From: Candidatus Aminicenantales bacterium | GTDB taxonomy: Bacteria > Acidobacteriota > Aminicenantia > Aminicenantales > Saccharicenantaceae | Assembly: GCA_041736225.1 (NCBI GenBank) | Contig: JBGSUG010000073.1 | Location: 1-42,322, forward strand | DNA length: 42,322 nucleotides | Direction of reading: 5' to 3' | In this document: in pieces, positions 16,742 to 25,100 of the stretch | How positions within the stretch are numbered: position 1 is the stretch's first letter | Layout: each line of letters opens with the position of its first letter | Notes under the pieces: model-generated | Database searches by the model: none | What the model was told of the DNA's origin: nothing | The model's input: only the letters and a program-made list of their open reading frames with translations | Position numbers and translations under genes: made by a program

Positions 16742-17680
16742 CTAGGCCTCTTCGACAAGGCCCCGCTTGGCCCCAACGCAGTCGTTACGGTCCTTCTGCC
16801 GGCTTTCGAGCCTCCGGCGGAGATCGGCGACGAGGGCGGCCATTCTGACATGCATCTTGCGGGCCGCGTCGAGCGATCGGCTGATCTTGGACTGGACGAT
16901 CCAATCGAAGATCAGGCCGTCGAAGAGATAGTCCGCGAACTTCTCGAAGGAGCTGATCTCGATGCCCAACGGGACTTCGGGTCCGATCCGGAGGTCTGCG
17001 AGCTCTCTCCGGAACCGCCCCAGACGGGTTTGGACCTCGTGGATCGCCGCCTTGGCCCGGTCGATCTTGGAGTGCTTGACCGCCGTGATGATGAGGCCTC
17101 CGCCGATGAGGTCGACGATCCCCCAGTTCCCGGCGCTCTTGAAATAGGCGATGACGCTGTCGAGCCCGGCGAGGACCTCGTCGCCCGCCGCGACGGCTTC
17201 GCCGATCTCCTTGATGTCGGAGTTGACCTCGGCGATCCTCTCCGTCAACCGGAGCAGGTCGGCGCGGCCGGCCCCCTCGATCCGAAGTTCTTTCTGCTCG
17301 AGAGCCCGGGCGTATTCGGCCTCAGGCTCGCCGATGGCGGCCAGCCGGCCCTCCATGTCCGCGATGTCGCGCTCGAGCGAAGCGACCTCGTGGGCGCTCT
17401 GGTCGTACTTCAGTTTGGCGGTAAGAACCTCTTGCCTTTCCTTGTTGAGATGGTCCTCCTTGTTCCCCAGGAATTGGCTGAACATGGCCGTCAGGCTCAA
17501 TCCCTCGAGCTTCCGGACGTCGGCCTCCTCTTTCTCGAGAACGACGCCGAGCTCGGCCGACCGCGTTTTTTCGGAGGCCAGGCTTTGGCGGGCTTCGCGA
17601 ACGGAGCTCTCGAGCTTCTGCTTCGCCCGGATCCTCTCCCGGGCTTCGATAATTACATCGTCGGGTGCCCTGGACGTCAT
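16742..17680 (-). CDS. Hypothetical coiled-coil protein (long heptad-rich N-terminal half, glycine-rich hydrophobic patch, helical C-terminal half)
   Basis: The ATG start is preceded by GGTGGAGGA; the track ORF starts 12 nt further upstream at a GTG. The composition is E/K/R/L-rich. The segment GNWGIVDLIGGGLIITAV is hydrophobic. I recognise no family. Confidence 0.5.
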   Translation of the reverse strand: MTSRAPDDVIIEARERIRAKQKLESSVREARQSLASEKTRSAELGVVLEKEEADVRKLEGLSLTAMFSQFLGNKEDHLNKERQEVLTAKLKYDQSAHEVASLERDIADMEGRLAAIGEPEAEYARALEQKELRIEGAGRADLLRLTERIAEVNSDIKEIGEAVAAGDEVLAGLDSVIAYFKSAGNWGIVDLIGGGLIITAVKHSKIDRAKAAIHEVQTRLGRFRRELADLRIGPEVPLGIEISSFEKFADYLFDGLIFDWIVQSKISRSLDAARKMHVRMAALVADLRRRLESRQKDRNDCVGAKRGLVEEA

Positions 17681-17787
17681 GTGATCCTCCACCTAATAAT
17701 ACTGATTTGGGCCGAATGCGTTCAAGGCGAGAAGGCGCCGCTCGATACCCGGCGGTCAGGACAGGGCGGCCGGGGAGCGGCGTTAAG

Positions 17788-18726
17788 TCAAACCGGCGGT
17801 CTCCGGCCGAGCAGGCCGAGCTGAAGCCGGTTCTTCACGCGCGCCTTCTGGTAGATGCTGGAGAGGTGCTTCTTGACGGTGTCGAGGGATATGAAGAGCT
17901 GGGCCCCGATCTCCTTGTTGCTGTACCCCCGCCGGACCAAGGCGACGATCTCCGTTTCCCGCGGCGTGAAGCCCATCCCTTCCAGCCGCTGCGAGGCCTC
18001 GGGAACCTCAGAGTCCGACCGCCGGGCCCCGGCCCGGCGCCGGGCATAAAGGGCCAGGGCGGCCAGGACGGGGAAGTGGAAACCGATCTGGATCACGGCA
18101 ATGGCGTAATCGGGGCCGGTGAGAAGTTGGACCGGGATGAGCCCGGAGACGCACAACTGGAAAACCAGGTATCCAGCGACATAGGCGCCGGCGACAAGCC
18201 GCAGGGCCCGGCCTTCGCCCGGCGTCCCGCTTTTGCGCGCATGGACGAACAGATAACCCATCGAGCCGAAGACCGTCGCCGTCTTGAGGGCCAGGAAGGC
18301 GATCGAGTAGGCCGGGGTGAATATGCCGCCGGCCGCGAGGGTCCCTTGGCCGGCCTTGAGGACAAAGTAAAGGGCCAGGCCGGACCAAAGGGCGATCGAG
18401 AAGCCCAGGAGCCAGCGTGACGGCCTCGCGCCGGCCGCCTGGGCGGCGAAAACGATCAGGAAGTTCATGCTCACGGCGGCCAGGAGAAGGATGACCGGTC
18501 CGGTCACGAAAGCCAGGGGAGCCAAGGAAACCCGGGGAAGGAACACGGTGCCCAGGATGAACTGCATGACCAAAACCAGGGCGTGGCCGTTCCAGAAAGC
18601 CAGGTGGAGGGCGTAGGACCGCAGAAAAGCCTGGCCGCGGTCCCGGAACATACGGTCGGCCAGAAAGATCCCGAGTCCCGCCAGGCCGAAGAGCAGAAAG
18701 AACGCCAACAGAGGTCCCGTGCTCAT
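17788..18726 (-). CDS. Membrane-embedded LuxR-family one-component regulator (about 7 TM helices + C-terminal LuxR/GerE HTH)
   Basis: The C-terminus FTPRETEIVALVRRGYSNKEIGAQLFISLDTVKKHLSSIYQKARV is a canonical GerE HTH. The N-terminal 240 aa consist of consecutive hydrophobic helices. The start was trimmed to MSTGPLLAFF because the longer ORF would run into the divergent flippase gene. Confidence 0.8.
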   Translation of the reverse strand: MSTGPLLAFFLLFGLAGLGIFLADRMFRDRGQAFLRSYALHLAFWNGHALVLVMQFILGTVFLPRVSLAPLAFVTGPVILLLAAVSMNFLIVFAAQAAGARPSRWLLGFSIALWSGLALYFVLKAGQGTLAAGGIFTPAYSIAFLALKTATVFGSMGYLFVHARKSGTPGEGRALRLVAGAYVAGYLVFQLCVSGLIPVQLLTGPDYAIAVIQIGFHFPVLAALALYARRRAGARRSDSEVPEASQRLEGMGFTPRETEIVALVRRGYSNKEIGAQLFISLDTVKKHLSSIYQKARVKNRLQLGLLGRRPPV

Positions 18727-18766
18727 GCCCCCGAATTTACCACAAAAAGGGGCGTATCGTCCCTCG

Positions 18767-18783
18767 GTTTTCCACCTTTGGGT
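18767..18783 (+). repeat. 17-nt motif GTTTTCCACCTTTGGGT, copy 1 (upstream of the flippase promoter)
   Basis: It is an exact match, in the same orientation, to 21321..21337. Both copies are intergenic. Confidence 0.8.
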
Positions 18784-18802
18784 TGTGTGACAGGCACTTA
18801 GG

Positions 18803-18831
18803 TTGACAGCGCCAACGTCATCTTCTATCAT
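18803..18831 (+). promoter_or_regulatory. Sigma70-type promoter for the flippase/QueC-like unit
   Basis: TTGACA-17 nt-TATCAT lies about 75 nt upstream of the ATG at 18910. Confidence 0.45.
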
Positions 18832-18909
18832 TGGCGGCCGATATCTCGAGCCCAGAACAAAGCCTGGCATTTTGATCCTACGCCTCGCGAATCCGGGAAC
18901 GGAGGCTGA

Positions 18910-20460
18910 ATGGGACTGAGACAGGTGAAACGCCCGATGAACCCTCTTTCCGACGCCCGGTTCGATATCGATCCGGGAGAGCTCAAGGAAAGATCTGTGC
19001 GGAGCGGCGCCATCACCTTGATAGACCAGGGATTTGCCACGCTCATCCACATGGTCTCGGTCGTCGTCCTGGCCCGCCTGCTGACGCCCGAGGATTACGG
19101 GACCGTCATGATGGTCACGGCCATCACCGGGTTCATCGAGCTCTTCCGGGAACTGGGCTTATCGAGCGCTACGGTCCGGACACGCGGCATCACCCATGAC
19201 CAGGTCAGCAACCTCTTCTGGATCAACGTCGGCCTCGGCGCCGCCATCACCCTGATCATCGCCGCGTCCGGTCCCATCCTGGCCTGGTTCTACCACAAGC
19301 CGGAGTTGACCCTGGTCGCAGCCGGCATCTCGTTGACCTCCATCTTGAACAGTCTGGGGACCCAGCACGGCGCCCTGATCAATCGGGACATGCGTTTTGC
19401 CACCATGGCCGTCATTCGTGTCTCGGCCCTGCTCGCGGGGTTCCTCGCCGCCCTCGCCGTGGCCCTGTCCGGAGGGACCTATTGGGCGCTCGTCGCGAGC
19501 GCCGTGGTCACCGCGGTTTGGCATTCAGCCGGGAATTGGATCGCCTCCGGTTTCCGTCCCGGACGGTACAAAAAGAGGGTCGGACTTCGATCGCTCGTCC
19601 GCTTCGGCGCCACTGTCGCCGGTGCCGATATCGTCACTTACATCCACCGGAACGCGGACAATGTCCTGATCGGACGGGCTTGGGGAGCAGGGGAGCTGGG
19701 GCTCTACAACAAGGCCTACTCCCTGCTCATGCTGCCGGTCTCTAATTTGAGATACCCCCTCAACCGGGTCGCCTTCCCAGCCTTGAGCCGGCTGCAGGAG
19801 GACCCGAAGGCTTTCCGGGCCTATTTCACAAAGTACTGTGCGCTGCTCTCGTTCGTCACCATGCCTGTTGTGACCTATCTGTTCGCCTCCTCGGAACATG
19901 TCATCAAGCTGTTCTTGGGCCCGCGCTGGATCGGGGCGTCCGATCTGTTCAGCATCCTCGCGCTTGTCGCTTTCATCCAGGCGCCGGCCGGCTTGAAATC
20001 GATCGTCCAAACCTCGCTGGGCCGGGGGGGCAGGCTTTTTCGCCTGTCGCTCATCACCGCGGTCGCCGCAGTCGCCTCATTTTTCATCGGCCTGCCCTGG
20101 GGCGCCCGGGGTGTGGCCATCGGCTATGTCATCAGCACGTACCTTGTCCTCCATCCGACCTTGGTCTATGCCTTCCGCGATACGCCGATACGCCCGTCCG
20201 ATTTCTATCGATCGATCCTGAAACCTACCGTCGCCAGCCTCTCGATGGCGGCGGCGCTCGTGTTCATCGAAGGCCGATTCACGGGGTTAGGGGACGCCGC
20301 TCTCCTCGTTCTCATGGTCCCGGCGGGGGCTTTGATCTACCTGGGCGTCTTTGCTCTCTTGCCGAAAGGAAGACAAGAGATCGCCGGCTATCTGGGATAT
20401 GTGAAAATACTCTGGCACGGAGCCCTGAAAGCGTTCTCCAGGATCAGGGGGAGGTCATGA
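18910..20460 (+). CDS. Polysaccharide/O-antigen flippase of the MOP superfamily (Wzx-like lipopolysaccharide biosynthesis protein)
   Basis: The 516-aa polytopic protein has an N-terminus (GAITLIDQGFATLIHMVSVVVLARLLTPEDYG...) typical of the Polysacc_synt family, and about 12-14 TM helices. Confidence 0.85.
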   Translation: MGLRQVKRPMNPLSDARFDIDPGELKERSVRSGAITLIDQGFATLIHMVSVVVLARLLTPEDYGTVMMVTAITGFIELFRELGLSSATVRTRGITHDQVSNLFWINVGLGAAITLIIAASGPILAWFYHKPELTLVAAGISLTSILNSLGTQHGALINRDMRFATMAVIRVSALLAGFLAALAVALSGGTYWALVASAVVTAVWHSAGNWIASGFRPGRYKKRVGLRSLVRFGATVAGADIVTYIHRNADNVLIGRAWGAGELGLYNKAYSLLMLPVSNLRYPLNRVAFPALSRLQEDPKAFRAYFTKYCALLSFVTMPVVTYLFASSEHVIKLFLGPRWIGASDLFSILALVAFIQAPAGLKSIVQTSLGRGGRLFRLSLITAVAAVASFFIGLPWGARGVAIGYVISTYLVLHPTLVYAFRDTPIRPSDFYRSILKPTVASLSMAAALVFIEGRFTGLGDAALLVLMVPAGALIYLGVFALLPKGRQEIAGYLGYVKILWHGALKAFSRIRGRS

Positions 20461-21305
20461 CCGCAACCTTGGAAGACACGGCACACGGCATGAATCCGGC
20501 CCGCTTGTTGTGGACGGGAGGATGGGATTCGACTTACAGACTGCTGGATCTTCTTTTAGTCAAGCAGAAGCCCGTCCAGCCCTATTACTTCATCGACACC
20601 GCGCGCCGGTCGTTCGCCACGGAGATCCTGGCCATGAACGCGATCAAGCAGCGTCTGGCCGGGAAATATCCGGACCGGTTCTCCCTGCTCCGGCCGACGA
20701 TTTTCAGGGATGTCCTCGATATTCCGCCCGATGACGAGATCCAGGCCTGCTATCAGAGGATCTGCGCCCGGAACCATGTCGGCGTCCAATACGAGTGGGG
20801 CGCCCGATTCGCCCGCGCCGAAGGGCTCTCGGAGCTCGAGCTGTCGCTTATCGGCGGCGGGCACATGTTCAAGGTCTTCGGACCCTATCTCGAGCAGCGC
20901 GATGCCGGGAACGACATCGTCTGGGAGTTGGGCAAGGGCCACGAAGGCGACGATCTCTATCGTCTGTTCAAGTGCTATCGATTCCCCTTGATCTTCACGA
21001 CCAAGCAGGACATGTTCGCTCAGGCCAAGCAGCACGGATTCGAAGAGCTCATGCTTCTGACCGTTTTTTGCCACACCCCCCGTCCGGACGGAAAGCCATG
21101 CGGCGTGTGCATCCCTTGCGGGATCGCCGTCGAGAACGGGCTCGGCTGGCGGTTGTCGCGAAGGAGCCTGGCCAAGCTCCGCCTGAAACTGCTCTATCGG
21201 AAGGGACGTGGTTCCTTGGAGCGATATCCTCGCCTGTTTGCCCCGGCCCAGAAGATCGCGCGGAAATTCAAGAAGCCCAAGAAGCCGATCTTCCCCGTTT
21301 CTTAG
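20457..21305 (+). CDS. QueC-like / PP-loop (adenine nucleotide alpha-hydrolase) superfamily protein with a variant P-loop
   Basis: LLWTGGWDSTY occupies the position of the SGGxDS PP-loop. A C-terminal Cys cluster (FCH...KPCGVCIPCG) resembles the QueC zinc site. An ATGA overlap with the flippase stop suggests translational coupling. Confidence 0.55.
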   Translation: MTATLEDTAHGMNPARLLWTGGWDSTYRLLDLLLVKQKPVQPYYFIDTARRSFATEILAMNAIKQRLAGKYPDRFSLLRPTIFRDVLDIPPDDEIQACYQRICARNHVGVQYEWGARFARAEGLSELELSLIGGGHMFKVFGPYLEQRDAGNDIVWELGKGHEGDDLYRLFKCYRFPLIFTTKQDMFAQAKQHGFEELMLLTVFCHTPRPDGKPCGVCIPCGIAVENGLGWRLSRRSLAKLRLKLLYRKGRGSLERYPRLFAPAQKIARKFKKPKKPIFPVS

Positions 21306-21320
21306 GGCCCGCCGCCGTCA

Positions 21321-21337
21321 GTTTTCCACCTTTGGGT
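21321..21337 (+). repeat. 17-nt motif GTTTTCCACCTTTGGGT, copy 2 (just downstream of the QueC-like gene)
   Basis: It is an exact match to 18767..18783. Confidence 0.8.
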
Positions 21338-21389
21338 AATAGACATAACGCCGGCCGGACGCTATCCATGAGGGCGAGGAGGCCATTCC

Positions 21390-22229
21390 ATGAACAAATC
21401 AAAACTGATGATGCTGTTGGTCGCCGGACTGCTGCTTGCCGGTATCGCCGCGGCCCAGGACGCGCCTGACGACGACGCCGTTTGGAGCGCCTTCACCGGT
21501 TGGTTCCGGACGGCGCCGCAGGAACGAGACCTGTTCGGGATGTATTCGGCCAAGCTGGGGGCGGAGGGCGTTCCCGAAGCCGAGGTCCGGCGAAGGCTGG
21601 CGGTCATCGTCAGGCTGTTCGCCGAGAGGCCCGAGGGCGCCGAGATATTCTACGACCGGGCCTACTCCCGCCCGCTGACGGGCGATCCCTCCCTGGATTC
21701 GCCGCGCGCGCCGAGCGCTTTCGTCGTCGAGGCGGCCAAGGGCCTGACGCCCGGCGCGGCGCTCGACCTGGGGATGGGGCAGGGCCGGAACGCCGTCTAT
21801 CTCGCGACTCAGGGCTGGGACGTCACAGGCCTGGACATCTCGCAGGCGGGGTTGGATGAGGCTAAGGCCAACGCGGCCAAGGCCGGTGTCAGCGTCCGAA
21901 CGATGAAGGGCACATACGAAGCCTACGATCCGGGCGTCGACCGGTGGGACCTCATCGTCGTTGCTTTCGCCTGGGCCCCCGTCGAGGACCCTTCCTTCTT
22001 GGCCAAGCTGAAGGCTTCTCTGAAGCCTGGCGGCGTCGTCCTATTTGAGCACTTCGTCACGGACAGCGAGCATCCCTACGCACCGATGGTCCGGGCGCTC
22101 AAGCCGGACGGGTTGAAGACGCTTTTCGCGGACTTCGAGCTGGTGTCCTATGAGGAGAAGGAGGTGACGGCGGATTGGGGAGGCCCCGGTTCCCTGGTCG
22201 TGCGCATGGCGGCCCGGAAGAGGTCCTGA
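21390..22229 (+). CDS. Class I SAM-dependent methyltransferase (TehB-like core) with an N-terminal signal-peptide-like segment
   Basis: MNKSKLMMLLVAGLLLAGIAAAQ is followed by an approximately 80-aa helical region. The SAM motif is ALDLGMGQGRNAVYLATQGWDVTGLDIS. GAGGAGG lies upstream of the ATG. Confidence 0.8.
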   Translation: MNKSKLMMLLVAGLLLAGIAAAQDAPDDDAVWSAFTGWFRTAPQERDLFGMYSAKLGAEGVPEAEVRRRLAVIVRLFAERPEGAEIFYDRAYSRPLTGDPSLDSPRAPSAFVVEAAKGLTPGAALDLGMGQGRNAVYLATQGWDVTGLDISQAGLDEAKANAAKAGVSVRTMKGTYEAYDPGVDRWDLIVVAFAWAPVEDPSFLAKLKASLKPGGVVLFEHFVTDSEHPYAPMVRALKPDGLKTLFADFELVSYEEKEVTADWGGPGSLVVRMAARKRS

Positions 22230-22233
22230 GAGC

Positions 22234-24087
22234 TCAATAGACGTCTCCGGACCGATCGATAAAGACGCGGGAAGCGTGGCCCAGCACAGCGCGCTTTCTC
22301 TCCTTGAAATCCAGGATCTTCTTGCGCATGCGGAGCGAGGCGGGCGTCACTTCCAGCAATTCGTCCTCGTTGATATAGTCCATCATCTGGTCCAGCGCCA
22401 GGATGGCGGGTGCGTCGATCTTGATGGCGATATCCGACGTGGAGGACCTCATATTCGTGAGATGTTTCTGCTTGGTGGGATTGACCGTCAGGTCTTGGGC
22501 CTGCATGGTCTCACCGACGATCTGGCCGGCGTAGACCTTGTCTCCGGCGGACACGAAAAGCCGGCCGCGGTCCTGGATGTTCGATACGGCGTATGCGGCG
22601 ACGGTCCCGGCGCGGTCGGCGACCAGGACGCCGTTCCTGCGGCCTGTGATCTTACCGGCCCACTCGCGGTAGCCGAGATACGTGTGGGCCATGACGCCGT
22701 TGCCCCGGGTCTGGCTCAGGAACTCCATTCGGAAGCCGAATAGCCCGCGCATGGGCACCGTAAAGGTCAATCGGGTATAGGTCCCCTTCAGGTCGATGAT
22801 CCGTTCCAAGACGCCCTTTTTCTCGCCCAACATGCGGATGACCGTGCCGGCCCATTCCTTCGGCATGTCCGCGACCAGGCTCTCGTAGGGTTCGAGCACT
22901 CTTTCTCCATCGGTCTTCGTGATGACCTGGGGCATCGAGACCTGGAATTCGTAGCCTTCCCGGCGCATCTGTTCGATGAGGACGGCCAGCTGCAGCTCGC
23001 CGCGGCCGGCGACCGTGAACCGGTCGGGCGAATCGCCCCATTCGACGGAGATGGAGACGTTCGTCCGCAGCTCCTTTTCGACGCGTTCGCGCAGCTTGCG
23101 GGAGGTGACATGCTGACCCTCCCGGCCGCCGAACGGGCTGTTGTTGACCAGGAAGATCATGGACACGGTCGGCGGCTCGATGGTCAGCACGTTGAGGCGG
23201 ATGGGCCTCTCGGGGTCGGCGAGGGCATCGCCGATGGTGACGGAAGGGATGCCCGCGAAAGCGAAGAGCTCGCCCGCTTCGACGGCGGGCACCTCGGTCC
23301 GTTCGAGTCCCTCGAAGACGAACAGCTTCTGGACCTGTCCCAGGACCTGCTTGTCGTCGCCGGACAGGACCGCGATCGGGTCGCCGGTCCGGACCCGGCC
23401 TCCCAGGAGGCGGCCGATGCCGATGCGTCCGATATAGTCGTCGTGGCTGATGTTGGTGATCAGGGCTGAGAGCGGGCTCTCAGGATCGTATTCCGGGGCC
23501 GGCACATGCTCCAGGATGGACCGGAAGAGCGGGGTCAGGTCCTTCGCCGGATCGGCCAGGTCCGTCGTCGACGTGCCGTTCCGGCCCGACGCGTAGATGA
23601 CCGGGAAATTCCATTGCTCGTCGTCGGCGTCGAGCTCGATGAAGAGGTCGACGGTCTCGTCGAGCACTTCGCGGATCCGGGCGTCCGGGCGGTCGATCTT
23701 GTTGATGACGACGATGGGACGCAGGCCCAGCTCCAGGGCTTTCTTGAGCACGAAACGGGTCTGCGGCAGCGGGCCTTCCGCCGCGTCGATGAGGAGCAGG
23801 ACGCCGTCGACCATCCGGAGGACGCGCTCCACCTCGCCGCCGAAGTCCGAGTGGCCGGGCGTGTCGACGATGTTGATCTTGACGCCCTGCCAGACGAGCG
23901 ACATGTTCTTGGCGACGATGGTGATGCCCCGCTCCCGCTCGAGATCGCCCGAATCGAGAATGCAATCGCCCATCTGGTCGATATTGCGGAACAGCTTGCA
24001 CTGACGCATCATCGCGTCGACCAGCGTCGTTTTTCCGTGATCGACGTGGGCGATGATGCCGACGTTGCGGATATCTTGCCTGCGCAC
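22234..24087 (-). CDS. typA: Translational GTPase TypA/BipA
   Basis: The GTPase motifs are IRNVGIIAHVDHGKTTLVD, DTPGH and NKID, with BipA-specific C-terminal domains. I prefer the GTG start at 24087, which is preceded by AAGGAG. The track ORF begins at a TTG at 24153. Confidence 0.93.
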   Translation of the reverse strand: MRRQDIRNVGIIAHVDHGKTTLVDAMMRQCKLFRNIDQMGDCILDSGDLERERGITIVAKNMSLVWQGVKINIVDTPGHSDFGGEVERVLRMVDGVLLLIDAAEGPLPQTRFVLKKALELGLRPIVVINKIDRPDARIREVLDETVDLFIELDADDEQWNFPVIYASGRNGTSTTDLADPAKDLTPLFRSILEHVPAPEYDPESPLSALITNISHDDYIGRIGIGRLLGGRVRTGDPIAVLSGDDKQVLGQVQKLFVFEGLERTEVPAVEAGELFAFAGIPSVTIGDALADPERPIRLNVLTIEPPTVSMIFLVNNSPFGGREGQHVTSRKLRERVEKELRTNVSISVEWGDSPDRFTVAGRGELQLAVLIEQMRREGYEFQVSMPQVITKTDGERVLEPYESLVADMPKEWAGTVIRMLGEKKGVLERIIDLKGTYTRLTFTVPMRGLFGFRMEFLSQTRGNGVMAHTYLGYREWAGKITGRRNGVLVADRAGTVAAYAVSNIQDRGRLFVSAGDKVYAGQIVGETMQAQDLTVNPTKQKHLTNMRSSTSDIAIKIDAPAILALDQMMDYINEDELLEVTPASLRMRKKILDFKERKRAVLGHASRVFIDRSGDVY

Positions 24088-24437
24088 AGGGCTCCTTTGG
24101 GCTTTGAGTTCTCCGTCCGGGGATAGATCACCAGGGGAAAACGGGAGGAACAACTATTATACACCCGGCCCGAAATTCGGGGCATTCTCAGGGCAGAGAG
24201 GGGGCGGCGCGGTGGTACGGCTCTGCCAAGAATGGCCGACCGGGGCTGTCGCCGGTGAAAATGTCATATGGGGTCAGTTAGTTACGCGATTTTTAACCCT
24301 TGTTCGACACCTGACGATGAGGCCTCTTATTGCCTGTCTGAAGCCCTAAACCCAGCCCAATTCCGGACCTGCAACGCAAGCGAAGGGGGATTGAAGGGCA
24401 AATCTGAAGATGATATGATACAAAAAAGGGGTAAAAA

Positions 24438-24872
24438 ATGGATGCGTCTAGGAAAATACTCTGGATTCTCACTTTAGGGGTTTTTATCATCGCCTTCGCC
24501 ACCGGAGCCTGCAAGTCAACGACCGGGCCCGACCTCAAAGGCGGCATTCTGACAACCTTTGAGGTCGTCGATGAGCAATACAGTGTTTTCATAACAAATA
24601 CGGAGACGATTGATAAGGTGATGCTCAACTGGAATAAATGGCAAAATGCGGGAGGCATTCCCGCGGGTCGCGTAACCAAGGGACAGGTGTCCTACAACAA
24701 ACCATGGAGTTGGCATATCGATCCTGAGGATATCAGTATCGTCGACGGTGCGATAGAAATACAAGACGGTCGCCCGTCCTATGTTGAGGCAAATGTCGAC
24801 GCCTGGATTAAAAACGTCGTTTATTATTCCCCGTCCGGCGCACAGCTCATATCGGTCAAGGACTACCGCTGA
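24438..24872 (+). CDS. Hypothetical lipoprotein in a low-GC islet
   Basis: The signal peptide has a lipobox (FIIAFATGAC). Codon usage is visibly AT-richer than in neighbouring genes. I do not recognise a family with any confidence. Confidence 0.6.
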   Translation: MDASRKILWILTLGVFIIAFATGACKSTTGPDLKGGILTTFEVVDEQYSVFITNTETIDKVMLNWNKWQNAGGIPAGRVTKGQVSYNKPWSWHIDPEDISIVDGAIEIQDGRPSYVEANVDAWIKNVVYYSPSGAQLISVKDYR

Positions 24873-24908
24873 GAGGCTGTCGCGGCCAGTAGCTAATAAA
24901 AGAATTGG

Positions 24909-24985
24909 TGGGGTGAGTGAGGGGAATCGAACCCCCAACCTTCGGATCCACAGTCCGATGCTCTAACCGTTGAGCTACACTCACC
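24909..24985 (-). tRNA. tRNA-His (anticodon GUG) with encoded G-1 and encoded CCA
   Basis: The reverse complement folds as a cloverleaf: GGUGAGUG acceptor including the extra 5' G, UAGCUCAACGGUUAGAGC D-arm, anticodon loop CUGUGGA, and GGGGGUUCGAUUCCCCU T-arm. The discriminator C pairs with G-1, followed by CCA. Confidence 0.95.
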
Positions 24986-25001
24986 ATAAGGTTGGCGAGG
25001 A

Positions 25002-25030
25002 ATTATCGCATTTGGGGAAAAAGTAGTCAA
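25002..25030 (-). promoter_or_regulatory. Sigma70-type promoter for tRNA-His
   Basis: The minus strand reads TTGACT-17 nt-GATAAT. The inferred +1 is about 10 nt upstream of the mature tRNA 5' end. Confidence 0.55.
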
Positions 25031-25046
25031 ATCAGGGAGGAAACGC

Positions 25047-25086
25047 TAAAAAAGAATGGGGACACGTACCAAGGGTACATGTCCCC
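25047..25086 (-). terminator. Intrinsic terminator of era, built from a palindromic hairpin family copy
   Basis: The minus strand reads GGGGACATGTACC-CTT-GGTACGTGTCCCC (13-bp stem with one U.G pair) followed directly by ATTCTTTTTT. It lies 14 nt past the era stop. Confidence 0.8.
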
Positions 25087-25100
25087 GACCTTTTCCCGAA

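Noticed and set aside
24088-24153. A longer TypA N-terminus starting at the TTG at 24153, as in the ORF track.
   Set aside because: The extra 22 residues precede the conserved start region of TypA. A GTG at 24087 has a strong AAGGAG site. A TATAAT box at 24156..24161 would place the transcript start downstream of that TTG.
24154-24437. A search for an att-like partial duplicate of the tRNA-His 3' end, or an integrase, that would define a genomic island.
   Set aside because: I found no repeat of GGGGAATCGAACCC or of the acceptor end in the islet, and no recombinase ORF. The island hypothesis rests on composition only.
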